The notes under the pieces: model-generated
What the model saw: the letters and a program-made list of their open reading frames with translations, nothing else
What the model was told of the DNA's origin: nothing
Database searches by the model: none
Program-made: the position numbers and the translations under genes
From: Cyanidioschyzon merolae
Taxonomy: Eukaryota
DNA: 64,000 bases
Strand: one strand, 5' to 3'
Assembly (NCBI GenBank): GCA_000091205.1
Contig: AP006500.2
Shown: positions 1-11,800 of the stretch, piece by piece
Layout of the letters: every line of letters begins with the position of its first letter
How positions within the stretch are numbered: the stretch's first letter is position 1

Positions 1-606
1 GGCCTGCTCCGCGGAAACAGAGGCAGCCAGTTGCCCTGGGGAGCCAGCGACAGCCATTACCGTTTCGGAGAAATCTGGTTCCGTTACCATTCTTATTTCC
101 GTATTGCGACCAGACTGGTGCTTTTCAGTATCAGTGAGTCCACGCAAGCTCTCCGGTATATGCTTCAAAAATGCCTCATGTAGACACGTAGCCAAATTAT
201 CTAGATAAGCCTTCAAGAATCTTTGCTCATGCATGGAAAGCCGTCCCATCGAGGTTTGCGAGCCTCCTTCGGCCTCCTGCTGGTAGTATGCTGCATGGCG
301 CTGGAGCTTCCAAAGTCGAACGCGCAAGTAGCTCGCTAGCAAGTAACGAACGCGTTCAAGATCCATACGTTGCAACTGTGCTACCAGCGATCGCCGGAAC
401 GCAGTTTCCGTATCGCTCTCTTCTCGATCACCACTGGAAGCATACGCCGAGTGCTGTCCGACACGCTGCTCCTGGAACGCGATGACCGCCTCGATATCCT
501 CGACAAGGCTCGCGCGGAATGGCAACAACTCAGGAGCGCAAACTTCTTCGCAAAACGCCCGTTGCAACGCTGGAATCTGATCGTTTACTTCGCATCGGTG
601 AGGCAT
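1..606 (-). CDS. SLD5: GINS complex subunit SLD5 (GINS4), 3'-partial: start codon ATG at 606..604 (minus strand), C-terminus runs off the left edge of the window
   Basis: Manual minus-strand translation: MPHRCEVNDQIPALQRAFCEEVCAPELLPFRASLVEDIEAVIAFQEQRV...RMDLERVRYLLASYLRVRLWKLQRH... colinear with SLD5 N-terminal and central helical regions (ELIERLEQAW..FAPELL..; MEMERIRYVLSSYLRCRLMKIEKF). Absent from ORF track because no in-window stop. Confidence 0.6.
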   Translation of the reverse strand, partial: MPHRCEVNDQIPALQRAFCEEVCAPELLPFRASLVEDIEAVIAFQEQRVGQHSAYASSGDREESDTETAFRRSLVAQLQRMDLERVRYLLASYLRVRLWKLQRHAAYYQQEAEGGSQTSMGRLSMHEQRFLKAYLDNLATCLHEAFLKHIPESLRGLTDTEKHQSGRNTEIRMVTEPDFSETVMAVAGSPGQLAASVSAEQA

Positions 607-1326
607 ATGGATCAACAGGTCTGTTGCGCACCTTGGTCGAGCACACCGATACGGCCGGAAGCGCACCGAAGAGGACGCAACAGGCGCGACCTTATACTTG
701 GCGCGCTGCCACCGAGGCGTTCACACCCTCAGTGCGCGTTATCCACGAGGCCACGAACGGGTTTGCAACCTCGAGCGCGATCCCTACAAACGAACGGGAT
801 CGCTGAACAATAATGCTGGACGCGCCCCCTCTCGAATTCTTCAAGCGCGCTATCGGGTATCGCGCTTCACCATGAACATTCTTTCAAACTATAAAGTCGA
901 TAAAAAATGGCGGGACGGGTCGCCGACGCGTTTTCGCAATCACCAGCGCCTCGTGCGAGGCTGCAGGCCGCGTTTCGATTTCAGCCCGGCCCCTATCGGT
1001 ACCGTCGCCTTGCAGGGCCTGCCCTGGCATCTCGACAGTAATAGCGACTTGCAGGGGAAGCGCCTCCGACGCCTGCAGAACGGCGGAGTCGGAGCCAGAC
1101 GCGGAAACGTGTCGGCAGTTGTACTGGGAGCTCGAGGCTCAGCTGATTCTCTTACTCTGTTTGTAGGTATTTTGTATTCAGAAACAGGCGCTTTTCAGCG
1201 ACTTGGTTCGAGCGAAAGCCGGGACCCAAGTCGCGGTGTCCCTTTGGCTGGCTTAGGACGGAGTATTGCGCCACTGGGTACTTGACGTACTAGTCGAGTG
1301 ATCCCCGAGAGGCTCGCTGGGCAACC

Positions 1327-2982
1327 ATGGAGCGCGATTTGGTCGGCAGGGGCGCCGCACTTGAATGCAGTTTGCGGCGAGCGCTTCAGAGGCAAATGCC
1401 GGAAGAGCACGTCTTCTTTCTGGCGGAAAGGCTTTGTGCGGAAAAGTCGACTGCGGAGAGCTTTGCGCTTTATGCTCAGGCTCTTGCGCAGTACGGCCGA
1501 CATCGGCAGGCAGTCGACGTTGTGGCGAAGTACTGGCAGCAGGATCTTGAGTGTAGGTACTGGTACGCACTCTGCTGCATTGAGGCTAATGAGTTGGCTG
1601 CCGCCTACAAGGCGCTATCTTTCCTGCTTCAGGAGAACGCGAACGAGAACCTTACCAAGGAGGTTCGCTCGTCCCTTAACAACGCTCGGGGTCTCCCGTC
1701 CGAGAGAAGCCTGTCTGTGCCATGGCAGGCGGAGGGACTATATCTACTAGGGCGTGTGTTTCGCCTCTCGAACACGCGCGTTGACCAGGCTGCTCAGTGT
1801 TTCCGACGAGCGCTTGAAATTGATCCGTTTCTTTGGTGCTGCATCGAGGAGCTCAGCTCCCTCTATCGATATATAGATTATTTCGTACCGGAAATGTTTG
1901 GTATCTCTGGAAAAGAAGAGCAAGTCTTCCAATCAGGACGAAGCTCTCTTCGGCTGGACAACTGCATTTTGCGCTGGAAGACGAGATCCTCGGGCTCGCC
2001 TCAGGATAACTTTCAGGCCTTGGCCACCGTGCGTGCACTCGTTGAAGGATACCATTGCCGAGAGGCGGTCGCTCTAATTGCGACGTTGCCATTGGCGCTT
2101 CAGCAAGCACCCGTGGTGCTCAAATGGCAGGGTCGTGCATATCTTGATGCCGGTGAGCTATCCGAGTGTGCGCGAACGTTTGAAAAGTACCTGAGTTTGA
2201 ACAGATCTGGATCCTTGGATGGCCTCGAATACTACTCGACGGCGCTCTGGCATATGCGGCGGGATGTTGAATTAAATGCACTGGCCCGGTATGCACTTGA
2301 ACGAGACCGCTTCTCTGCAGCAACCTGGTGCATTGTGGGTAATGCGTTCAGTTTGCAACGAGACACAGACAGCGCTATCGAGTTCTTCCTCCGTGCCGCC
2401 CAGATTGATCCGCGAAATCCGTACCCCTGTACGCTAGCGGGTCATGAGTATCTTTATTTGGACAATTACGATGCCGCTATGAGATGTTACCAGGACGCGC
2501 TCTACAGGAACAGTCGACATTATAATGCCTGGTTCGGCATCGGACAAGTCTATCAACGGCAAGAGAAATTCCGTCTAGCGGAAAAACACTATCGAATAGC
2601 CCTCGATTTGAACTCGAATAATTCCATGTTGTGGTATTATCTGGGCCATGTTATCCGCGTCGGCGGAGGCCGCGAGGTCGATGCACTGAACGCTCTGGAG
2701 AAGGCTTTGGAAATGAACCCTCGCAATCCGGTGGCGCGTTTCGAGTGCTGCAAACTATATATGCAGATAGGCCGCTTACAGGATGCCTGGAAAGAGCTGT
2801 ACCAGCTCCGGAATATGGTGCCCCGTGAAGCAGCTATCTACTACCAGATGGGTGTCATCGCTCGCGAACTGGGTCTTAAGAATGCCGTAGAGCTGTTTAG
2901 CATCGCTCTCGATCTGGATCCGAAACAACCGCTATATAGGCAGGCGCTCTTATCGCTAGACGAGACGCAAAGTGCGCCGTAG
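1327..2982 (+). CDS. CDC27: Anaphase-promoting complex subunit CDC27/APC3 (TPR repeat protein)
   Basis: 551-aa ORF with ATG start; C-terminal TPR block AWFGIGQVYQRQEKFRLAEKHYRIALDLNSNNSMLWYYLGHV...NPRNPVARFECCKLYMQIGRLQDAWKEL...VPREAAIYYQMGVI matches the conserved CDC27 C-terminal TPR array (AWYGLGMIYYKQEKFSLAEMHF...). Confidence 0.8.
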   Translation: MERDLVGRGAALECSLRRALQRQMPEEHVFFLAERLCAEKSTAESFALYAQALAQYGRHRQAVDVVAKYWQQDLECRYWYALCCIEANELAAAYKALSFLLQENANENLTKEVRSSLNNARGLPSERSLSVPWQAEGLYLLGRVFRLSNTRVDQAAQCFRRALEIDPFLWCCIEELSSLYRYIDYFVPEMFGISGKEEQVFQSGRSSLRLDNCILRWKTRSSGSPQDNFQALATVRALVEGYHCREAVALIATLPLALQQAPVVLKWQGRAYLDAGELSECARTFEKYLSLNRSGSLDGLEYYSTALWHMRRDVELNALARYALERDRFSAATWCIVGNAFSLQRDTDSAIEFFLRAAQIDPRNPYPCTLAGHEYLYLDNYDAAMRCYQDALYRNSRHYNAWFGIGQVYQRQEKFRLAEKHYRIALDLNSNNSMLWYYLGHVIRVGGGREVDALNALEKALEMNPRNPVARFECCKLYMQIGRLQDAWKELYQLRNMVPREAAIYYQMGVIARELGLKNAVELFSIALDLDPKQPLYRQALLSLDETQSAP

Positions 2983-4075
2983 TGGCCAACAGCGCCCGCG
3001 GTATATATGCGAACGAAACGGCGAATAGAGACCCTACAGGCTGTCGTACGAGTAAGTCGCCAGCTGTCCATGCGGTAAGCGCCAGTTGACACCTCGGGGC
3101 TATTTCGATTCCGCACCCGCAGACATTGATCCGTCTGTATTGGACCGGATGTCAAACCGGTAGCATGGGAGCTAGGATTTTCGATACGGACGCGACGGCA
3201 ATCGCATGTTAGTCTGAGCGTTGCTCCGCTTGTGCGAGCTCTCGAGACAGACTCGGATACGAGAGCTGGTACCCGTCTGCGATGGACCCGCTTGGACTGC
3301 TACCTTGCACCGGCGCTCGCGGGAGATAGGAAACTAGAATCCTATCTTTCTGTCAAAACCTTCCTGGAATTCCCTTGGGGTGCTTGATTCTATTCAGCGT
3401 TCTTCAGTCTGGAACTGGCGGGTGCCAAAGTGTTGCTGTTATTCTGATAGTTTCACTCATGCAGCAAAGGCGAAGGCCCTCTCGAAGACGCAGCAATGCT
3501 CCGCGCTTGCCGTCTGGGCGCTGATCTCTCCCCCCTCCATTCTAGACAATTACCGATGCTCTTGGGATTCGCTCTGGCCATCGCTTCTCGCGGGGCCAGC
3601 TCAGGGCTTGAACGACAGCGCGGCCTCAGCAAGTTGGGTTATTCTCGTGAAGGCAAGTCGGTTGATTGCATGCTGCACGCGCTACTATTCCGTACGGCAG
3701 AACGAGCGTTCTAAACCAGCGCCTACGGGTCGCCTTTCGAACGCTGCAATTCCTCTCTGGTGACCTGACAGGAGGGCTCACCCAAGATCTCGCTTGCTCG
3801 TAGGGCTCTCAGGGCCGCGCCACTGAATACTGACGCAGCCCACTCCTGCAAACTTTGACGATACAGAACCTGCGGCCTTTGAGGCTTATGAAGCGTGCCC
3901 CGTGGGGCACGCATTCTGCATTTGCGTCGTGACTCCACAGCAGGGCAGCCGCCAATGCAAACAGCCCGTAACCATCGGGCTCGCGTGTGCGGCCTGTTAC
4001 CGCACGGTTAGCCTGTCACCAGGAGGCAAAAACACTTGTCAGGCTCAAAAGATGCATTGCAATCTTCATTTTGTT

Positions 4076-5452
4076 CCCGCCTTTCGATCGTTTCCCGAAT
4101 GTTCGCTAGAAACACAGCTGCAATATTCAAAGTGCAGCAATAACGGCGAATGGATTCATGGGTAGTTCTATGCCCCTCGGTTGTACTATCCGTAGGGATC
4201 CCGTCGACTCCCTGCCGCTGGCATTCGATACGTCACCGGGATCAAGATGGTTCGTGACGCCCTCATACGCGGGTTCGTAACATAGCCGATATCATCATCT
4301 CATTCAGTCGCACGCGCCTGCACTCTTCTGTTTTCCTCAAGTATAGCATGCTTGAATCATGCATTCTTCAAGTTTTCGATATTTCTCCTTAAAGGCAACT
4401 CGAGGGCGCAGCAATGCGTACAGCTGGGTGGACAGCGAAAAGAATCGCAACGACTTCACTTGAAGACTTTGTCACATGCTCATATCGAAGGCTGACTACA
4501 ATTGTCAGGTCAGCTAATCGCATCCGTCCGAGAAGGAAATCCGCCCGTCCTTGAGACAAGCGGCAACGTGGCGTTCACAGCCGGCGAGATAACGCTCACG
4601 GCATACGTCCCCAGAGGCTTCGCTCGCTTCCGTACACACCGAAGAAAATCGGAGACTCAGACCTGAGTTATCGCAGCGACCGCGCCAGATAGAGAGTCTG
4701 GCACCGCCTTGCACGGAGGAAGCGTAGACGGATCGAAGTTTTCTAGAATTGCGCTCCAGCCTGCATTTTTGCCTCGCGGTACATGGTTCACCACGAAAAG
4801 CTTCCCGTTCCACGAATCCTCCATCGAATGCGACACTGTGCACTGGCTTGCGCTGGCTTGCACTGGCTTGCGCTGGCATTGCCCCGCACTGCCTCGAGCC
4901 GACGCCCTCTGTGTGGTACGGCAACGCCGTTCTGCCTCCGTGCAGCGACCGCACTGGCGCTATAGGCGTCATTGCTGTCGCTTTCGGCAGGCACTAGGCA
5001 CACACGATAGGACGTATGAAACGACTAGAATATCCGGGAAGTAGTGTGGGTCATGGAACTTGGAGGCAGGGCGTTCGATGGCTACTTCACCGCACACAAA
5101 CAAAAAGAAAACAAAAAGTGCACAATCGGAGAACGCTGGCCTAAGTAAGCATTTTGTCAGTGAGAAAAATCCGACACTGTGTTCGCTGAGGGCATTGCGC
5201 TGATGCAACCTGCCAGCGAAGCGCACGGCAGCGAGCCCGCAAACTGAGAAGAGCATCGTGGTAAGCCTTCGATACTCGTCAATTGCATGGAACGAGCGAA
5301 AACGCGAGCTGTACGACGCCTCAAAACGGCCCTCCGAGGAAGAGGAGCAGGAGCAGGAGAGGCTTTGGTGGATATACGGGAACACCTGACCACAGCCAAA
5401 AGTCATCGATGCGAGGACGCACAGAGGCTGTATACAATGAAGATGAAAATGG
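4076..5452. repeat. Direct repeat copy R1 (1377 bp), >99% identical to 14734-16110
   Basis: Identical ORF translations (4514-4972 = 15172-15630; 4969-5406 vs 15627-16064, 1 aa difference) and direct sequence comparison; boundaries where identity stops (left ...ctttcgatcgtttcccg; right ...gaaaatggcaagcgaa). Contains the microrepeat cactggcttgcgctggcttgcactggcttgcgctggc (4845-4881). Confidence 0.85.
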
Positions 5453-6360
5453 CAAGCGAAGCGCAGGCTGCAACAACCGTCCGCGCAACAAGTGCGTCGA
5501 CAACTACCGAACGCAGTAAAATCGGGACTTTACCACCACCGCCATCAATATCCTGCGACTGCCGAAAACCTAGCCAGAGAAGATAGGAACAGGAAGCAGT
5601 CACAGAAAAAGCCCGCACACGCTAGTCTCGATGCCAGCTCGAAGACATCCAGCCGTTCAGATTCGCACTCGAGCGCGCAGCGAGCACCGCAGCGTATACC
5701 TAGCGGACACGTATGTCGGACCCGATCCAACTGGAGGCCCCTGTGCGCTGCTTCGTTGCTGGCGGGCAACGCGCAAGCACGCGCGCGGCGCCGTTGACCG
5801 CGAGATCGACGGCGGGTATCTCACGCGTTGCGCGAGCGGCTGTATGCGATGGCGCGCGCATCTGCAAACGCCGCCTCTGAAAATATCTGAGGAGCGGGGC
5901 GTACACGCGGCGCCGAGCGTCGCGTCTCGAGAACGTTTCGCGGGCGATCCTGCGGCGAAGGCGCGCTTCGTCTCGACATCGCTAGATGCTGTGCGCTGCA
6001 TTATCGAATGCAGCTGCGCGTCAGCGGTGATATCTTGTAGCTGCAGTGCTGTGACGTGAGCGACCAGTTGCTCGATATTTGCGTGAGACTTCGAATCAGC
6101 GCTATAATATCATAGTTGTGGAGGTTGACGGCTTCTTTGACTGGTTCGAGGGGTGAGCGACTACATCTACTAGAAGCAGTGAGCAAAGTCCGGACGGCGG
6201 CGGCGGCGGCTTCTAGAACCTCGGTACGCTGAGGGTTTGGCACGCGCAGGCGCAACCGAGCTCGAGAACGCAACTCCTGGGGCGAATTTGTGCCAAACTT
6301 TTTAGGTTGTTTTCTTGAGTTTAGTTCGTCTGTGGGCGGCTAGAGTGTCGGCGCGGTACG

Positions 6361-8370
6361 TTGCCGCGTGCCTGCTGGCGTGACGTGGTCATGAAACGGC
6401 GTCCAGATAATATTGCGCTCGCCGGTCGTACAGACGCCGAGCCTGGCAATCAGATGGACGCAACGAAGCAGAGACTGACTAATCGCCCTTCCGGTACGAA
6501 TACCGACCGGTTCGTAGGCCCGGAGACCCAGCAGCATTACTCCGCTTTGACGACATACCCGCAGGTGACGCCAGCGGCTGCATGCTGGGGCAGGGTGGCT
6601 GCCCCGGGTTACGCGGGCGCTGGTTCCATGCAGGCACAATCCAACAGTTACCCCTGGACATCGAGCTATCGTCCGCTTATGCTCCATGGGTATCACTTTC
6701 CAATAGGGCCTCTGCCGCATTCGGGTCCACGTGGTGCTGGTGCGACTTCGGTGACGGCTTTTGGAGTGCCTGCTAGCGCGAGGGCACCCCAAGCGCCGGC
6801 GTCAGGCTTTCATGGATCACTGCAGCACGCTGTGGATCGCTGGGATCCAGTTCCGGTGCAGCCACCGACTAGAGAGGCGTTGTACCAGCAAGAACTATTC
6901 TATCAGTCTGCTCAGTTGTTCGGAATGACGCCGAGACACATAACGGGGACTGAACACACCCGCGGTTGGCCCGTTGCAGTGAATGCGGAGTTTTACAAAG
7001 CAGCGCATCCTGGGCAAATACCGGTGCCTCATAATATCCCATCGTCAGCTGAAGCGTGTTGCGCAAGACCTCATGACGGAGCGTTGAATTGCTTACACGC
7101 TTTGGCCGCAATCTCCTCACAGGCGGCTACCAGCCTTTGTGGCGTGGGAATGGCCCGCCCAAATACCGGCGCGCAGCAGTCCGAGAGAGCGACTGCATCA
7201 TGCCCAGCTGAAAGAGCGCAGAACCGAATGGAGAACCCGCAATGTTGCAACGTTCCAGCGGACTGTTCAATGCCTATGCATACCTCTTCAAACGAAGGCA
7301 TCCCAGCATGCCTGGAGCACCGTCCTCGCCCGGAGTTCTACCCCGGTAAAACGGACGGCACGCGCCCCGGTCATGTGCAGGTTTCAGAGGGCAACATGAG
7401 TATGGTGAGCTTGGATGCCTCGTCGCATACGAATCAATCGATGTCGCTGCCTACTGCGCTTAGCAGCCGCTTTAGGACTGGATACCAGGGACCGTGGATG
7501 CAAACGGTCCCAGAAACCAATGCACACTGGGAGCGAATGAGTCGAGACAGTAGTGGAACGAGCGCCCGCGCGATGCCAAGCGACGCTGCAAGTCAGACCG
7601 GATTGGATCGTTCTTCGAGCGGCGATGATGACGCAGCTTCGCTTGCGGGTGGCGAGCATCTGCAGCGTATGTCCGGAGACAATCCCTGGACTGCCGCAAG
7701 CGCATCACCGACAGCAGGCGATGCTGCCGAGAGATCGATCTTACACAGAAACGTAGGTCTCGCTGGTGGCGGTGCAGCGTCGTCAGACCCCACGGCGGAC
7801 TTTTACAGGGATGGTGCGAGTTCACAGGCTACAGGGCATGTGGCGGGACTGCCAAGCAACGCTGCAGGCCCCGTCGAAGCTCCAGATCGGCGGTTTCAGG
7901 TGCCTCACACGTCGTTCCCCGCGGGTGCGATAAGATGGGTCCAGACGCTCCCTGCGTTGCAACTGGATCAGAGCTCCAATGGTGTTCTTCTAGGCGGGAG
8001 ATTCGTAGCGTCGGAAAACACCGACCATGGCATGGATCGAATACCGCTGACCATCGAGCACCCGCGCTGTGCAATAACGGACCACGCCGATCGAGTCGCT
8101 GCTGTCGGTGCAGCACCTGACACCGCAGCAAAGTCACCGACCTGGAGTGCCACTGAACGAGAGCGCTATCGCTTGGAGCGTGTGCAGCGCTTCCTCGAGA
8201 AGCGCCGCCGTCGCGTAGCGCATCCCGGCTTGATCCGCTACGACGTACGCAAGCGCCTCGCAGATGCACGACCCCGGGTACGCGGCCGCTTCGCGCGACC
8301 TGAAACCGTTGCTGCTGCTACTGCTGTTGCTGCTGCGCCTGCCACGACGAAGGCGCCGACTCCCCCCTGA
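6361..8370 (+). CDS. CCT-motif (CONSTANS/CO-like/TOC1-type) domain protein; first ATG probably at 6391
   Basis: C-terminal RERYRLERVQRFLEKRRRRVAHPGLIRYDVRKRLADARPRVRGRFARP (about 8158-8300) is a canonical CCT motif (R-x5-RY-x-EK-x3-R-x3-K-x2-RY-x2-RK-x2-A-x2-RPR-x-KGRFxK). Rest of protein low complexity; no B-box or receiver domain recognised. ORF starts at TTG. Confidence 0.55.
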   Translation: MPRACWRDVVMKRRPDNIALAGRTDAEPGNQMDATKQRLTNRPSGTNTDRFVGPETQQHYSALTTYPQVTPAAACWGRVAAPGYAGAGSMQAQSNSYPWTSSYRPLMLHGYHFPIGPLPHSGPRGAGATSVTAFGVPASARAPQAPASGFHGSLQHAVDRWDPVPVQPPTREALYQQELFYQSAQLFGMTPRHITGTEHTRGWPVAVNAEFYKAAHPGQIPVPHNIPSSAEACCARPHDGALNCLHALAAISSQAATSLCGVGMARPNTGAQQSERATASCPAERAQNRMENPQCCNVPADCSMPMHTSSNEGIPACLEHRPRPEFYPGKTDGTRPGHVQVSEGNMSMVSLDASSHTNQSMSLPTALSSRFRTGYQGPWMQTVPETNAHWERMSRDSSGTSARAMPSDAASQTGLDRSSSGDDDAASLAGGEHLQRMSGDNPWTAASASPTAGDAAERSILHRNVGLAGGGAASSDPTADFYRDGASSQATGHVAGLPSNAAGPVEAPDRRFQVPHTSFPAGAIRWVQTLPALQLDQSSNGVLLGGRFVASENTDHGMDRIPLTIEHPRCAITDHADRVAAVGAAPDTAAKSPTWSATERERYRLERVQRFLEKRRRRVAHPGLIRYDVRKRLADARPRVRGRFARPETVAAATAVAAAPATTKAPTPP

Positions 8371-8807
8371 GCATGAATAAGCATGCTTTACGCTGTTGAC
8401 ACTATACATTGGGTGTGTGTGTGTTTGTGTGTGAAATCATGTTGGCGTTCTGCGTATATCGAGAGGCACGAAGAACTCATGATACACGCTCGCTGCGACT
8501 CCGAGCATGATCCTTACGGACGTTGCTGTCATTGCAGTAGATGCTGTTGGTCACACATTGTTACCATCATCGCGTACGAAACAAGAGCAAAGCGCACGCT
8601 GTCTCAGTGGGTTACACGCACCACGTACAGCAATGGACACGTGTCCAGAATACCGCTGTGTACACGCATAGACGCATGTATCGACACAGGCATGCGTGCT
8701 CGTGATCCGTGCCCAACACCGATCGGGGCATGCAAGGCTGGCGTTACGAAACGCAGCATTGAACGGGAGCGCGACCTGGCCCAGTCACGTACCGTGCATG
8801 AGGCGAC

Positions 8808-11800
8808 TCAGCGCGTGTGCGTTTGTCGACGTGCCCGCCCCGCAGCACGTGGGTTCCGCTCCGCTGTCGCTGCTGTTGCTGTTGCGGATGCTGGTGAGGC
8901 TTGAGGGAATCCTCCTGCGGTGACGCCTTCGGAGCGTTTCTTCATTGACGCTTCTAATTCCAAGACCTCGGAGCTAAAGCAACCAGTTGCGCGACCTCGA
9001 CGTTTTGAAGGCGATGCGATCGAGGCAGTGCGGAGATTCCATGTGCTGCTCGCACTCGATGTCGTTGTTGCGCTGCTGCTGGAACTGTTGCTTGCGGAGC
9101 TGCAATTGCTTGATGGCTCGAGTTGCAGACGTTGAGCCGGGGCTCGTTTTCCAGTGTTCTGGAGGTTTTGCACGCAAGGGTGCGCGCCTCCGGGCGCACC
9201 TTCGCGGTTGGCGAAGGTTGGTGCCATGGCAGCTGCTCCAGTGCTCTCCAGACGCGCAAGAATGTGCTTTCCATAGGAGAAGCGTTTGATGACGTTCAGA
9301 TTCGCACGAAGAAGCTCCGCCGCTTGCTGACGTTGTTCGTCGCCGGCTACATCCAGGACTCGCTGCACGACATAATTTCCGAATTGGTCCTGGACAAGAT
9401 CTATCAGAGGCACGCTGTTGCGGGGTAACGCAGTTGCGCCAGAACTACCACCACCACCGCTGCCACTGCCAGCAACATCAGATCGGCCCAGGAGAATATC
9501 GATGAGGGCTTTGCGATCCGCTGGGGAGCCATGTTGCAGACATCGCTCGACAACGTTACTCGCGTACTTGTGTTGACTCATGCTAATACACTGATCCCTG
9601 ACCATGCGGAGAATATGCGCACGCTCTTCCTCCTTTCCATGCTCGACAACGTGCTGGATGACATAGTTACCGTATTGGTCCCGAATGAGGGTTCGGCACG
9701 CCTGCATAATCTCGCGCATGATCGGGACTTTTTGCTCCTCTGGTGAATATTCTAAAATGCGCTGTATAACCCGGCATCCATAGGAATGTTCAGCAAGCGA
9801 GACGGCCTGGCCCCGAACCGCGTCCACGATAAACTGAACGTGTTGTCCTGGAACTCGTTCGATGCATTTCTGGATCACATGATTGCCATTCTGATCACGG
9901 ATACACTTCAACACGTGTCCGTCGAGTTCGATCACGAGTTCCGCCTGCGTACTAGCAGGCAAGACTTCGAGTGCCTTCTGTACAGCCCTGCAACCATACA
10001 TGTGGAGTGAGAGCGCTAGGATCCGGTTTTTCAATTTCATCGCGATTGCCTGTAGGTCACGTGCTGTGCCGTGCTCCAAGAGTTTTTGCACGACGTAGTT
10101 GCCAAAGACATCCGTCACCAGGCGATTCATTTCTGCGAGCACTTCCTGCAGCACCCACCCAACCTGATCAGGAGTTGCAGTCTCCAACTTGGTCTGAATG
10201 AAGCGCGAGCCATGCTGATCCGTGCTGAACTCCACGATTTGACCACGAATATCCTCCAGTTTCCAGGAAGTGAACGCCTCGTCCGACGCAAGCAAGGCTG
10301 TCCGGAAGCGCTCCAGGAGAGCCGAGCGCCCAACGGACGCTATGACTCCGCTATTTGGCGGATTAGCGGCATCTGGACTCGAGAGGGTGCCACTAGTACC
10401 CAAATCCAGTGACGGAAAGTGTAGCGGTGACCTCGGGGGGGCCCCTGTCGGTGGAACCGTTGCCGGTGGAGCAGCGGCAGTCTGCAGAAAGCCGCCGACA
10501 CGCACTTGCCCGCTGTACGAGTCTGTGAGTATCGGTGCGACGCTCACGAACGGGGCGCGCAGTTGAGCCACACCACTAGAATGCCCCATCTGGGTTGTTG
10601 GTTCTCGTCGAGGAGCTCTTGCTGCTGCTGCTGCTGCCGGTATCGGATTTGCACCAGCGGGGCCAACACTCCCTGGCACGGCGGGCCTGCCACCATTTTC
10701 TTCGGATACAAAAGAAGAAGAAGACGCCGACGACGGCCTCGGTGATGTCGTTTGCGCTCCATAGGCTGCGGGTTCTGCTGAAAGACAAGATTCCGGAATC
10801 GAAGCATCAGCCAAGTTCCCATGTTTTGCGCTCCGCATTCGCATGGCATCTTCTGTGGCATGTGCACAAACGAAGCGGCATCCGCTCGGAATGACCGGGG
10901 GAAACGATACGCAATGGTCCGGAACCAAGGAAAACATTGACGACTCGTTAGCATCCTCGCTGCCAGAGGCAACCAAAGTGCTCTCTTTCCGAACAGATGC
11001 AGCACGACCCTGTGGACAAGCGATTCCCGACGGCAGCTGTGCAGCAGGGTGCCAGGAATACACGGGTGTTGCTCGTCGATCCGCAAGCTCCACCTCAGTG
11101 CACAAGCCCGCTTGTTCGCTGCCGTTCAAAACGATCTGATCTGGATGAATCCAGATGCTTTCTTCGAGCGGTTGCGTCGCACCTGGTGATGGCGATATGA
11201 GCGGAAGCGCCTGCGAGAGATGCGCGCCGGCCGCGTTCGCAACTTGCAGAGGCCTAGGGCTCGTAGCTGAATAGCCTGGACACAGACGTCGACCGTTGTG
11301 GCATTCGTAGTGCTCGAAAGTGCCTTCGACGAGCGAACTCTGCCTGCTCGGTGAAAGTCTATGGGTCCTATTGGCGTTGGGATCGATCTGAGGCCGCCCA
11401 GTCTCAGATACGGAAGTTGTTCCACTGCCAATCATTTGGGAGTCCACCCGACACTGGTTGTCAGGCTCTGAAACACCGTCAGCGGGGCTCTCCAAGCAAC
11501 AGCGGGCTGTTCGCTGCTCCTGGACACAGGTTTCCGGGCTCGGTTGTGATTCCGTGACTGGGATATTCAACGGAGGGCGGCTTGCCCATTGCAGTGTGGA
11601 TTCGAGACGTGCAGCCGCATCTCGACGACCACACGAGGATTCCTCACTGTTCTGGCTCTTTCCATTGGTGACATGACCCACGTAACCAGGGGAGCTCGCT
11701 GCGCGTTCTCGACGGTTCGGGACCCGCTGTTCATGTTCTTCGTTACCGTTGGTATCCAAACCGTCCCCCTTTTTCCCAGTGCATATTTGACGGTCATCGG

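Noticed and set aside
4514-5406. ORFs of 145-152 aa inside the direct repeats (and their identical copies at 15172-16064) as protein-coding genes
   Set aside because: No recognisable motifs. They overlap antisense ORFs of similar length, as expected for random ORFs in GC-rich DNA. Their conservation is explained by the nucleotide repeat itself.
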